A stretch of DNA of 41,659 bases from a virus (lineage: Duplodnaviria > Caudoviricetes). Location: positions 1-41,659 of IMG/VR virus record IMGVR_UViG_3300011339_000216. One strand, 5' to 3'. A program made the position numbers and the translations under genes. How positions within the stretch are numbered: the stretch's first letter is position 1; each line of letters opens with the position of its first letter. Under the pieces are notes generated by a model, which was given only the letters and a program-made list of their open reading frames with translations, was not told the origin of the DNA and ran no database searches. Below, piece after piece: positions 18,156-26,639 of this stretch.

Positions 18156-18830
18156 ATGGGCCTCAAGGTTGACACTATTCAGAATCCATCATCGGCGACA
18201 GTCAATCTGACGCTTGATACCAGCGGCAATGTGGCTGTTGGTAACAACATGACTGTGGCAGGAACCAGCACGTTTACGGGTTCATTGGGCAACATTACGG
18301 CTGGAACGGTCACGGCTTCTGGCCTTGTTACAGGCGCAACTGGCGCGTTATATCCAATCGTCAATGGAACCGCACAGGCATCAACCAGCGGAACAAGCAT
18401 TACATTCACAGGTATTCCCTCTTGGGTGAAGCGCGTCACCGTTAATATTTCTGGTGTTTCAACTAGTGGAACTTCCAATTTGCGATTCCGCATTGGCCCC
18501 GTTGCTGGCGTTGAAACAAGCGGCTATCTTGGATCAAGCACTGGCTTCGCTGCCACAACTCTTGCCACCGTTCAGTTTACGGCTGGGTTTGATATAAATG
18601 ACGGTGGCACAGCCGCCGCTGCTCGTAACGGGTCATTTGTGTTTTCTTTGTTAGATGCTGCGACGAACACTTGGTCCATGTCTGGAACTCAGGGCCAGAG
18701 CAACACAAACATCGCATCTTTTATTGGTGGCTCAAAACCACTTGCAGGTGCGCTTAGTGTTTTGTCTGTGACAACAACCAACGGCACGGATACCTTTGAC
18801 GCTGGCACAATTAACATTCAATACGAGTAA
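18156..18830 (+). CDS. Fibre-tip-like protein, paralogue 3
   Basis: ATG 18156 after taagga; STSGTSITFTGIPSWVKR...DTFDAGTINIQYE. Confidence 0.75.
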   Translation: MGLKVDTIQNPSSATVNLTLDTSGNVAVGNNMTVAGTSTFTGSLGNITAGTVTASGLVTGATGALYPIVNGTAQASTSGTSITFTGIPSWVKRVTVNISGVSTSGTSNLRFRIGPVAGVETSGYLGSSTGFAATTLATVQFTAGFDINDGGTAAAARNGSFVFSLLDAATNTWSMSGTQGQSNTNIASFIGGSKPLAGALSVLSVTTTNGTDTFDAGTINIQYE

Positions 18831-18833
18831 GCC

Positions 18834-18989
18834 ATGATCAACCTCTCCCTTACCGTTGAACAAGTGAACCTGATCCTCGCCTCATTAGGCCAACGCCCAT
18901 ATGTTGATGTGGCTGATCTGATCCACCGCATTAAGATTGATGCCGAGACCCAACTGGCTCCAAAGCCGCCTGAGCCAGACGAGGACTAA
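18834..18989 (+). CDS. 51-aa hypothetical protein missing from the ORF track
   Basis: Manual translation MINLSLTVEQVNLILASLGQRPYVDVADLIHRIK...PDED*; fills the gap between neighbours. Confidence 0.7.
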   Translation: MINLSLTVEQVNLILASLGQRPYVDVADLIHRIKIDAETQLAPKPPEPDED

Positions 18990-18990
18990 C

Positions 18991-19233
18991 ATGGATACGC
19001 AAGTCATATTCAACATTGCCATCTCCTGCGGCGGTGGCTTGGCACTTTGGGTGCTGAATGAAATGACACGCAAAATCCAGCGGCTTGAGGACAGGGTTGA
19101 TGAGGCGCATCGCACGTTTGTCGCAAAAGATGATTACCGTACCGACATCAAAGAGCTAAAAGAGATTCTGAGCAAGATTTTTGATAAGTTGGATAATAAA
19201 GCGGATCGTTCTGACGTAAGAGAGCGTCAATAA
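18991..19233 (+). CDS. Small membrane-anchored coiled-coil protein of the lysis region
   Basis: SD gagga before ATG 18991; N-terminal hydrophobic segment then FVAKDDYRTDIKELKEILSKIFDKLD. Confidence 0.7.
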   Translation: MDTQVIFNIAISCGGGLALWVLNEMTRKIQRLEDRVDEAHRTFVAKDDYRTDIKELKEILSKIFDKLDNKADRSDVRERQ

Positions 19234-19248
19234 GCAAGAGAATAGCAT

Positions 19249-19719
19249 ATGGACCCGTTAACAATTCTTGCAGTCGCACAAACAGCTTATGCGGCTATTA
19301 AGACTGGAATTGCTGCGGGTAAAGAAATCCAGCACATGGCTGCGGATTTGTCTGACCTGTGGGGTAGCCTAGCCAAATTAACCCAGCTAGCCGCAGAGCC
19401 TCCCAAGAAGACCTTTTTCAATGACAAAAGCGCAGAGCAAATCGCCATCGAACGGTATACCGCCAAAGCTGAAGCCCTTGACCTAACGCTTAAAGCAAGG
19501 AACCTGTTTGTTGGAACATATGGATTGGCGGCATGGGATCAGGTGCAGCGTGAGGTGATTAACATCCGCAAGGAGATTGAACGCCAGCGGTGGCAGGATG
19601 AGAAGGACAGGGCTGCTAAACTAGAAGAAATTCGGGAAGCAACTGTTGTCACTCTGATTGTTATGTTCGGTGTAGCTGTAATTTTCTGCGTGGGCATTAT
19701 ACTGATGGGGACGAAATGA
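19249..19719 (+). CDS. Hypothetical protein with C-terminal transmembrane helix
   Basis: MDPLTILAVA...; C-terminal VVTLIVMFGVAVIFCVGIILM. Confidence 0.7.
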   Translation: MDPLTILAVAQTAYAAIKTGIAAGKEIQHMAADLSDLWGSLAKLTQLAAEPPKKTFFNDKSAEQIAIERYTAKAEALDLTLKARNLFVGTYGLAAWDQVQREVINIRKEIERQRWQDEKDRAAKLEEIREATVVTLIVMFGVAVIFCVGIILMGTK

Positions 19720-20241
19720 ATGGACATGAAAACAATCGGTGGCCTTTTGGGTCAAATAGCACCAACCATAGCAACAGCTATTGGTGGACCAGTCGCAGGG
19801 ATGGCGGTCAAGGCATTGGCAGGCGCATTGGGACTGTCTCAGGACGCTTCATCGGACGATGTTCAAACGGCCTTAATGAACGCAACGCCAGAACAGTTGG
19901 CAGCGGTCAAGAAGATAGACGCCGACTTCAAGGTTCAAATGAAGGAATTGGACATTGACCTTGAAAGGATTGCAGCGGGGGACCGAGATTCTGCCCGTAA
20001 CATGCAGATGCAGACTAATGACTGGATACCACGCGCCATGGCTGTCATGGTCACGTTTGGGTTCTTTGGCATTTTAACTTGGTTGCTGACAAAGGGCGTT
20101 CCCCCTACGGGGTCTGAGACATTGATTTACATGCTTGGCGCGTTAGGGACGGCTTGGACAGGTATTGTCCAGTTCTATTTTGGCTCGTCGGCTGGCAGCA
20201 AAGCAAAAACTGATGCACTGGTGGCAGGAGAGAAAAAGTGA
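19720..20241 (+). CDS. Putative holin (3TM/GTA-holin-like)
   Basis: IAPTIATAIGGP, DRDSARNM, two C-terminal TM helices, FYFGSS; overlaps the endolysin start. Confidence 0.6.
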   Translation: MDMKTIGGLLGQIAPTIATAIGGPVAGMAVKALAGALGLSQDASSDDVQTALMNATPEQLAAVKKIDADFKVQMKELDIDLERIAAGDRDSARNMQMQTNDWIPRAMAVMVTFGFFGILTWLLTKGVPPTGSETLIYMLGALGTAWTGIVQFYFGSSAGSKAKTDALVAGEKK

Positions 20242-20750
20242 AAGACAATTTTGAACAGTGCTTTGTTATGCTCCTGAAGCATGAAGGTGGCTACGTTAAC
20301 AATCCAAAAGACCCGGGCGGCATGACCAACCTCGGCGTAACAAAGCGCGTGTGGGAAGAATATGTCGGTCATCCTGTGGACGAAACAACAATGCGCGGGT
20401 TAACGCCCGACATGGTTGCCCCGCTGTATAAGAAAAACTACTGGGATGTTTGCCACTGCGACGATCTTCCTGATGGGGTTGATTACGCTGTATTTGATTT
20501 GGCAGTAAACAGTGGAACACGCCGCGCTGCCAAAATGCTGCAAAAAGCCGCTGGCGTTGCTGATGACGGGGCTATTGGCCCTGCAACTATGAAGGCCGTT
20601 TCTGAGTGCAATCCGCATGATTTGGCTCTTGATATATGCGAATTACGCCTAGCTTTCTTGCAAGGACTGCCAACTTGGGATACATTCGGCAAAGGTTGGG
20701 GCCGTAGGGTTGCAGAAGTTGAAAAAACTGCAAGTTCCATGCTGGCGTAA
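20238..20750 (+). CDS. Endolysin, glycoside hydrolase family 108 with C-terminal peptidoglycan-binding domain
   Basis: HEGGYVNNPKDPGGMTNLGVT, FDLAVNSG, DGAIGPAT, FGKGWGRRV. Confidence 0.9.
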   Translation: MKDNFEQCFVMLLKHEGGYVNNPKDPGGMTNLGVTKRVWEEYVGHPVDETTMRGLTPDMVAPLYKKNYWDVCHCDDLPDGVDYAVFDLAVNSGTRRAAKMLQKAAGVADDGAIGPATMKAVSECNPHDLALDICELRLAFLQGLPTWDTFGKGWGRRVAEVEKTASSMLA

Positions 20751-20762
20751 AGGAACTGTGGC

Positions 20763-21503
20763 ATGACAACTGGATTAAGTTACGATGGCACGGTAACTGG
20801 CACAACCAGCTATGTCACGCAGATAGCGACTATGGCTGTTGTAGAACAGACTGATCCTGCATTTGTCATTATTCTGCCACAGATGATCACCTATGCGGAA
20901 AACCGCATTTACCGTGAATTGGACTTTCTGTTTACATCTGTTGCGTCAACAGCGTATGGTTTGACGGCGGGAAACCGGACTATTTCAGTTCCCACTGGCA
21001 CGTTTGTGGTCCCTGAGCAAATTAACCTGATTACTCCTGCGGGGACGACAAACCCTGATGAGGGAACCCGCGTTCCACTGTTGCCAACCACAAAAGAATT
21101 CTTGGATCAGGTTTATGGCTCTGGGCTTGCAGCTAACCGTGGGCAGCCCAAGTATTTTGTGCCGTTTGATGATTACACCTTCTTGGTTGGTCCGTATCCT
21201 GACAGTGCCTACACTTGCGAAATCATTGGGACGTATCGCCCTGACAGTTTGTCAGCAACTAATACAACCACATTCATCAGCCTTTATCTGCCTGATTTGT
21301 TTATTATGGCATCAATGATCTATGTGTCAGCTTACCAGCGTAACTTTGGACGCGCCAACGACGACCCTCAGATGGCAGTCAGCTACGAAAGCCAGTATCA
21401 GGCCCTGAAGGCTAGTGCGATGGGCGAAGAAAACCGCAAGAAGTTTGAAGCTGCGGCTTGGTCTTCGCAGGGTGCGTCTTCTACAGCCACACCAACGAGG
21501 TAA
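20763..21503 (+). CDS. Putative tail ring/adaptor (tubular A-like) protein
   Basis: ITYAENRIYREL, GQPKYF, VGPYPDSAYTCE, YLPDLFIMASM. Confidence 0.65.
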   Translation: MTTGLSYDGTVTGTTSYVTQIATMAVVEQTDPAFVIILPQMITYAENRIYRELDFLFTSVASTAYGLTAGNRTISVPTGTFVVPEQINLITPAGTTNPDEGTRVPLLPTTKEFLDQVYGSGLAANRGQPKYFVPFDDYTFLVGPYPDSAYTCEIIGTYRPDSLSATNTTTFISLYLPDLFIMASMIYVSAYQRNFGRANDDPQMAVSYESQYQALKASAMGEENRKKFEAAAWSSQGASSTATPTR

Positions 21504-21506
21504 GCC

Positions 21507-23798
21507 ATGCCTCACGCAGCCCTTAAACTTCAGCCGGGTGTTGATCAAACCAAGACCCCTGCTCTTAATGAAGCAGCCATTTCTGAAAGCCAGTTGGTCA
21601 GATTTTTCCCTGACCGGACATTGGGTGGGCTTGTTCAGAAATTGGGTGGTTGGTCTAAGTATATTCCAACACAAGCTGGTTCTATTGTTCGCAACTTGTG
21701 GGCATGGGAAGATACCAATGCTAATTCTTATTTAGGCATTGGGGCAGAAGGCAAAGGCCCTATTACGGTTACTGGCGCGTCTGGGACTGGCACAACTGTA
21801 ACCCTGACATACACAGGCCCATTTGTTTTCAGGGCGGGTTTTTACATTACCGTGGCAGGCATGAACCCAAGTGCCTACAACGGGACGTATGCTGTTACAA
21901 CCAGCACTAATTCATCTGTGTCCTTCGCAAGTGCAACAACTACCGCTTTTGTATCAGGTGGGACAATCACTGGCGGCGGTGGGTCTTTGTTGGTTGCTAA
22001 CAATGGTGGCGTGAATGACATAACGCCCCAGACCCTTACTGGGAATGTCGCTGTTAGCTTCACAACGGTATCCGGGTCAAACAAGGTCAAAATTACCGTT
22101 ACAGGCAGCAATGCTCAGGACGTAGATGCTTTTGATATTCAAACGCAAGTCAGCGTTGGCGGCATTGTCCTATTTGGCCTGTATCAGTGCTTTGAAAACA
22201 CGGCAAACGACTTTTATGTCTACGCGTATGATGTTACTGGCGCGGCTAACAATGCAACATCAGCAGTTGCCAATGGTGGTGCGGTCCCATCTTTTACAAC
22301 CGCCGTTAATACCAGCGCAATCAGTGTCACGCTTAACAATCATGGTTATTATGCGGGTGACACTTTCCCGGTATTGGTCGCAACAACAGTGGGCGGCGTG
22401 ACAATTTACGGTAACTACACCGTTGTCCAATCCCCTGCCCCGACAACGAATACGTTTTATATCCAAGGGAAAACCATAGCTACCTCCACGGCAACGGGGT
22501 CTGAAAACGGTGGCCAACTTCATTATGTTTTCTACCGTGGCATTGGATCAACTTATTCTGCCGGTGGGTATGGTGAAGGTGGGTATGGCACGGGCGGTTA
22601 TGGCACAGGTGCAGACGGCCCAAATACCAGCATTACAGGTGTCCCCATCAATGCAGAAGACTGGTGCTTGGATAACTGGGGTCAGGTTCTTGTTGCCAAT
22701 CCTTTGAATGGGCCAATCTATGTCTGGAACCCAGAATCCGGCGATGTAATAGCTAACGTCATCCCGGAAGCACCGACCGTAAATGCGGGTTGCTTTGTTG
22801 CAATGCCACAACGGCAAATCGTCACATGGGGATCAACCAGCACTGGGATTTCTGACCCTCTGTTTATCCGTTGGTGCGATGTTAATAATTACAACGACTG
22901 GACACCCACGTTAGTCAATCAGGCTGGCAGCTACCGTATTCCTAAAGGCTCCAGAATTGTGCAGTGCATCCAAGGTCCGCAACAAGGGCTTGTTTGGACT
23001 GATCTGGGTGTATGGGCGATGCAGTATGCTGGGCCTCCTTACGTCTACCAGTTCAATGAATTGGGCAATGGGTGTGGTCTTATCGGGCGCAGGGCGGCTG
23101 GCTCGGTAAATGGCATTGTTTATTGGATGGGGCCAAGTCAATTCTACCGCCTTGGCGGGAACGGGGTTGAACCTATTGCTTGCCCTGTGTGGGATGTAGC
23201 CTTTCAAGATTTGGACACCACCCAGCTTAATAAAATCAGGGTTGCTCCTAATTCCCGGTTTGGTGAAATCACTTGGTATTACCCAACAACAGGCAATAAC
23301 GGCGAAGTCAGCCATTACGTCAAATACAACTTTGTTTTGAACCAGTGGGATTATGGCACGTTGGGTCGCACAGCGTGGATTAACGAATCAGTGCTTGGTC
23401 CACCTATTGGGGCTGATCCCACAACCACATACATTTATCAGCATGAAACCAGTCCAAATGCTGATGGTCAGCCAATGACATCTTATTTCCAAACCGGCTA
23501 TTTTGTCATCACTGAAGCCAATGAAAAGATGTTCATTGACCAAGTGTGGCCGGACATGAAGTGGGGATATTATGGCGGGGCGCAAAGTGCCAACGTATTG
23601 TTGACATTTTATGTGACAGATTATCCGGGTCAAACGCCTATTAGTTATGGTCCTTTCACTTTGACAGAGGCCACTACCTATATTACGCCGCGTTTCCGTG
23701 GTAGATTGGTTGCGATCAAGATTGAAAGCAATGACATTGACTCTTGGTGGCGGCTTGGAAATATCCGGTATCGGATGCAACCTGACGGGCGATACTAA
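21507..23798 (+). CDS. Putative tail nozzle/stabilisation (tubular B / P22 gp10-like) protein
   Basis: LKLQPGV, VQKLGGW, WCLDNWG, DPLFIRWCD, GEITWYYP, RFRGR, WRLG...QPDGR; size and position. Confidence 0.65.
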   Translation: MPHAALKLQPGVDQTKTPALNEAAISESQLVRFFPDRTLGGLVQKLGGWSKYIPTQAGSIVRNLWAWEDTNANSYLGIGAEGKGPITVTGASGTGTTVTLTYTGPFVFRAGFYITVAGMNPSAYNGTYAVTTSTNSSVSFASATTTAFVSGGTITGGGGSLLVANNGGVNDITPQTLTGNVAVSFTTVSGSNKVKITVTGSNAQDVDAFDIQTQVSVGGIVLFGLYQCFENTANDFYVYAYDVTGAANNATSAVANGGAVPSFTTAVNTSAISVTLNNHGYYAGDTFPVLVATTVGGVTIYGNYTVVQSPAPTTNTFYIQGKTIATSTATGSENGGQLHYVFYRGIGSTYSAGGYGEGGYGTGGYGTGADGPNTSITGVPINAEDWCLDNWGQVLVANPLNGPIYVWNPESGDVIANVIPEAPTVNAGCFVAMPQRQIVTWGSTSTGISDPLFIRWCDVNNYNDWTPTLVNQAGSYRIPKGSRIVQCIQGPQQGLVWTDLGVWAMQYAGPPYVYQFNELGNGCGLIGRRAAGSVNGIVYWMGPSQFYRLGGNGVEPIACPVWDVAFQDLDTTQLNKIRVAPNSRFGEITWYYPTTGNNGEVSHYVKYNFVLNQWDYGTLGRTAWINESVLGPPIGADPTTTYIYQHETSPNADGQPMTSYFQTGYFVITEANEKMFIDQVWPDMKWGYYGGAQSANVLLTFYVTDYPGQTPISYGPFTLTEATTYITPRFRGRLVAIKIESNDIDSWWRLGNIRYRMQPDGRY

Positions 23799-24286
23799 CC
23801 ATGGTTTGCAAAAATGCCATAAGCCTTGTCAGCAGCGGCTTCGTACGCATCATGTGCGTCTTTTGCGGTTTCATGCAAACCCAAATAAATGTTTTTTCCA
23901 GCAATGGATATGTGCGCTTGCCATTTTTTGCCTTCAGAATGCCAAGAAACGCCCTTATACCCAGATTTGTTATTTTTTTGTTTGGGGCGGTTCATGCAAT
24001 TTTGTTGATGTGTAACTTCTCTCAAGTTGGAAATTCTATTGTTGGAACGGTTTCCGTCAATATGGTCAATTTCTCCAAAAGGCCAAGAGTTATAGACCAT
24101 AGCCCAAATAATCCTGTGGGCAGGAATTATAATTTTGTCTATGCTTATTTTTATGTAGCCAAGACAATTTGTTCCAGCCACTTCGCCTTTTTTTGTCCAC
24201 CTAGTAGTATTTCGCCATGTCAAATTGCCCGTTTCCGGGTTATAAGACAATTTATCATGAAGCGTGTTGATGGCTATCTCTCTCAT
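23795..24286 (-). mobile_element. HNH_3-AP2 homing endonuclease inserted antisense in the structural operon
   Basis: LSYNPETG, AHRIIW, EIDHIDGNRSNNRISNLREVTHQQN, AP2-like SGYKGVSWH...WQAHI...YLG; ATG 24286 preferred. Confidence 0.9.
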
Positions 24287-24292
24287 GCCCAC

Positions 24293-24321
24293 AACATACT
24301 ACAGGTTTTGAACGGAGTCAA
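24293..24321 (-). promoter_or_regulatory. Sigma70-type promoter of the HNH gene (leaderless geometry)
   Basis: TTGACT-N17-TATGTT-N6-ATG on the minus strand. Confidence 0.6.
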
Positions 24322-24323
24322 AT

Positions 24324-24743
24324 ATGGCGTCGCTTGATGATTTATTGACCACCCAGAAAAATGGTGTCGTTGCCATTAACGGCTTGCGTGGCCTGTTGCA
24401 GACTATTTCCGACAATCTTGTTATCATTTCCGGAAATTCTGCCAACACATATCCGTCTACAGTCAGTGCAACCATAGCAGCGTCTACCACAACGCTGGTT
24501 GTGGCAGGAACGGGCAAAGTGTTCAGCGTGTCTATTCCTGTCCATGCGGGGTCTGCTCAGGTGTATATATATGACTCTGCGACAACCGGTGGCATAGCTG
24601 CGACAAATCTAATTTATGCGTCTCTGCCATCCAATGCTGCGTCATTTACACCGTATCAAGACGTTCGGTTGCCCTACAAGAATGGGCTGGTTCTTAAAAC
24701 TGATGCAGGGATGAATTTCTGCGTTGGCTACACACCAAACTAA
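24324..24743 (+). CDS. Hypothetical virion protein
   Basis: SD ggag; MASLDDLLTTQKNGVVAIN; beta-rich C-terminus. Confidence 0.7.
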   Translation: MASLDDLLTTQKNGVVAINGLRGLLQTISDNLVIISGNSANTYPSTVSATIAASTTTLVVAGTGKVFSVSIPVHAGSAQVYIYDSATTGGIAATNLIYASLPSNAASFTPYQDVRLPYKNGLVLKTDAGMNFCVGYTPN

Positions 24744-24753
24744 TGAGGATGCC

Positions 24754-26124
24754 ATGCCGCTGATTAAAGGTTCTTCAAAGAAGGCTGTTAGCAAAAACAT
24801 CTCCATGCTGTCTAGGGAAAAATATCCTCAGAAGCAAGCGATTGCCATTGCCCTTAGTGAAGCTCGTCGCTCTCACAAAGCAGGCGGCGGTCCCGCTGGC
24901 CGTAAATACCGCCGTGACTTCAATACAGATGCTGAGTATGAGGCGTATATTGCAGAACGCGCCAAGAATGACACGGGCAGTTGGATTTCTCCCCAAGTCA
25001 GTGAAATTCTTTCAAGTATCGGAAGTTCCTTTACAGCACCCAGAGGGCGCGGTGCAGTTCGCCTTGAAAAAAAGGCTGACGCTGCAAAACAGCAAGCACA
25101 AATGCAAGGCCAGATGGCCGGCAAACAATATTCTACTGTAGGCGGCGGCAATGAGTATGGCACTTCTAAGCCAATGGTTCCCCCGACTCCCATTACAAGC
25201 GTGGATTCATCTGTGGGCGGCGGGAATGAGTTTCCTAATATGTCTGGAAGAACCCAGTATAACCCAGCGGTGTCATCGGTAGGCGGGGGGAATGAGTTCC
25301 CGGGCGGTCAGGCAGCTAAATACGCACCAACAGTTAATTTAGCCAAGTCTATCACTGGTGGAAGCGGAAAAGGTCTTCCGGCGGCCTCAGAGACCCCAAT
25401 GCAGCGTTACTATTACCTTGACAAAGGTGAAGGCCCACTCTTGGGGATGGGTAGATCGCTGCCTAAAGGCATGACAGAAGGTCCGCAACCTAATGGCGGT
25501 TATCTCGGTTACACAGATTTGCCGCCAGCAACGGGTGGGCTTCAAAAGTTTTTCCGTGGTGATTTCTCTGATGTTTTTGGTGGAAAAGATGAAGGAATGG
25601 CAGCGGGCGGCACACCTTACGGCCAGCCATCTGGCAATATGCCATATTCCAAGTCTGGCGAAGTTGCGCCTTATGGCCAGCCAGAAAGAAACATTCCCTA
25701 CAGCAAAGCCCCCGGCAAGCTGCCTAAGGTGAAGCTGCACACAGGGCCAATCCATAGCCCTGTTGCTGGTCGGACGGATCATTTGCCAATGCACGTCCCG
25801 GCTGGCTCGTATGTCATCCCTGCTGATGTTGTCTCCGGCTACGGTGAAGGCAATACGATGGCAGGGTTTAAGCGATTTAACATGACATTTGGTCACAAGG
25901 GTGGTGCGCCAAAGGGTAAGGCTGAAGGTGGCGCAGCAACGGCTGGTGAGCCTGTGCCAATCGTCGCAGCGGGTGGTGAGTATGTCATCCATCCTGATGC
26001 GATTATTAACATTGGTGGCGGAGACATGGACAGGGGCCACAGGGAGCTAGATGCTTTTGTTAAGGCATCCCGCGCCAAGACCGTAAAAACACTACAAAAA
26101 CTTCCGGGACCAAAGAAAGATTAA
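24754..26124 (+). CDS. Putative internal virion protein with GG motifs and internal repeats
   Basis: ATG 24754 after gagga; MPLIKGSS...KQAIAIALS; HKAGG, MAAGG, KAEGG; 3x VGGGNE[YF]; GRTDHLPMHVPAGSYVIPADVVS and GGEYVI. Confidence 0.75.
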   Translation: MPLIKGSSKKAVSKNISMLSREKYPQKQAIAIALSEARRSHKAGGGPAGRKYRRDFNTDAEYEAYIAERAKNDTGSWISPQVSEILSSIGSSFTAPRGRGAVRLEKKADAAKQQAQMQGQMAGKQYSTVGGGNEYGTSKPMVPPTPITSVDSSVGGGNEFPNMSGRTQYNPAVSSVGGGNEFPGGQAAKYAPTVNLAKSITGGSGKGLPAASETPMQRYYYLDKGEGPLLGMGRSLPKGMTEGPQPNGGYLGYTDLPPATGGLQKFFRGDFSDVFGGKDEGMAAGGTPYGQPSGNMPYSKSGEVAPYGQPERNIPYSKAPGKLPKVKLHTGPIHSPVAGRTDHLPMHVPAGSYVIPADVVSGYGEGNTMAGFKRFNMTFGHKGGAPKGKAEGGAATAGEPVPIVAAGGEYVIHPDAIINIGGGDMDRGHRELDAFVKASRAKTVKTLQKLPGPKKD

Positions 26125-26140
26125 CAGCACGGGGGGTGCT

Positions 26141-26635
26141 ATGTCTGAACAAACAAACGTGAGAGTTGGAACACCTGATGATGTCCATGACGTTATGGAA
26201 TTGGCATTAAACGCATGTGAGGAGAATGGGTTTGTGTCACCGAACCCGGAGCGGCTGCTAAATGAGATTTGGCCTGCTCTTAACTTGGAAGATGGCGTAA
26301 TTGGTGTTATTGGTAATGCTGGTGAGAAACCTGAAGGGGCAATCCTTTTAAGAGTTGTCACCATGTGGTATAGTGACGAACAGATACTAGAGGAGAAGGC
26401 CGTCTTTATTGACCCTAAATACCGCAGTGCAAAAGGGGGCCGTGCTAGGTGTTTGTGTGAATTTGCAAAGAAGGTCGCCACCTCTCTGAATCTTCCACTT
26501 CTGATTGGCATTTTGTCAAACCAGAGGACGGAAGGTAAAGTTAGACTATACGAACGTCAGTTCGGGACACCCAGCGGCGCATTTTTCTTGTATAATGCCC
26601 GCACGGGTGGCTGGAAAGCGGAAGCAGCGGAGTAA
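26141..26635 (+). CDS. GNAT-fold-like protein preceding the ejection proteins
   Basis: VRVGTPDD, WYSDEQILEEKAVFIDPKYRS, VRLYERQ; position typical of podoviral GNAT-like morphogenesis genes. Confidence 0.6.
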   Translation: MSEQTNVRVGTPDDVHDVMELALNACEENGFVSPNPERLLNEIWPALNLEDGVIGVIGNAGEKPEGAILLRVVTMWYSDEQILEEKAVFIDPKYRSAKGGRARCLCEFAKKVATSLNLPLLIGILSNQRTEGKVRLYERQFGTPSGAFFLYNARTGGWKAEAAE

Positions 26636-26639
26636 GCGA

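Noticed and set aside
16694-18830. Diversity-generating retroelement (TR/VR) among the similar 3' ends
   Set aside because: Differences at the 3' ends are mostly synonymous and not adenine-specific; all copies are coding; no reverse transcriptase in the window
19716-19728. Lambda S-type dual-start holin (Met-Asp-Met)
   Set aside because: The extension is acidic rather than basic and no start-selecting hairpin was seen
23801-24337. 178-aa plus-strand ORF that would keep the operon co-directional
   Set aside because: Shadow of the HNH-AP2 gene, which has clear motifs on the minus strand
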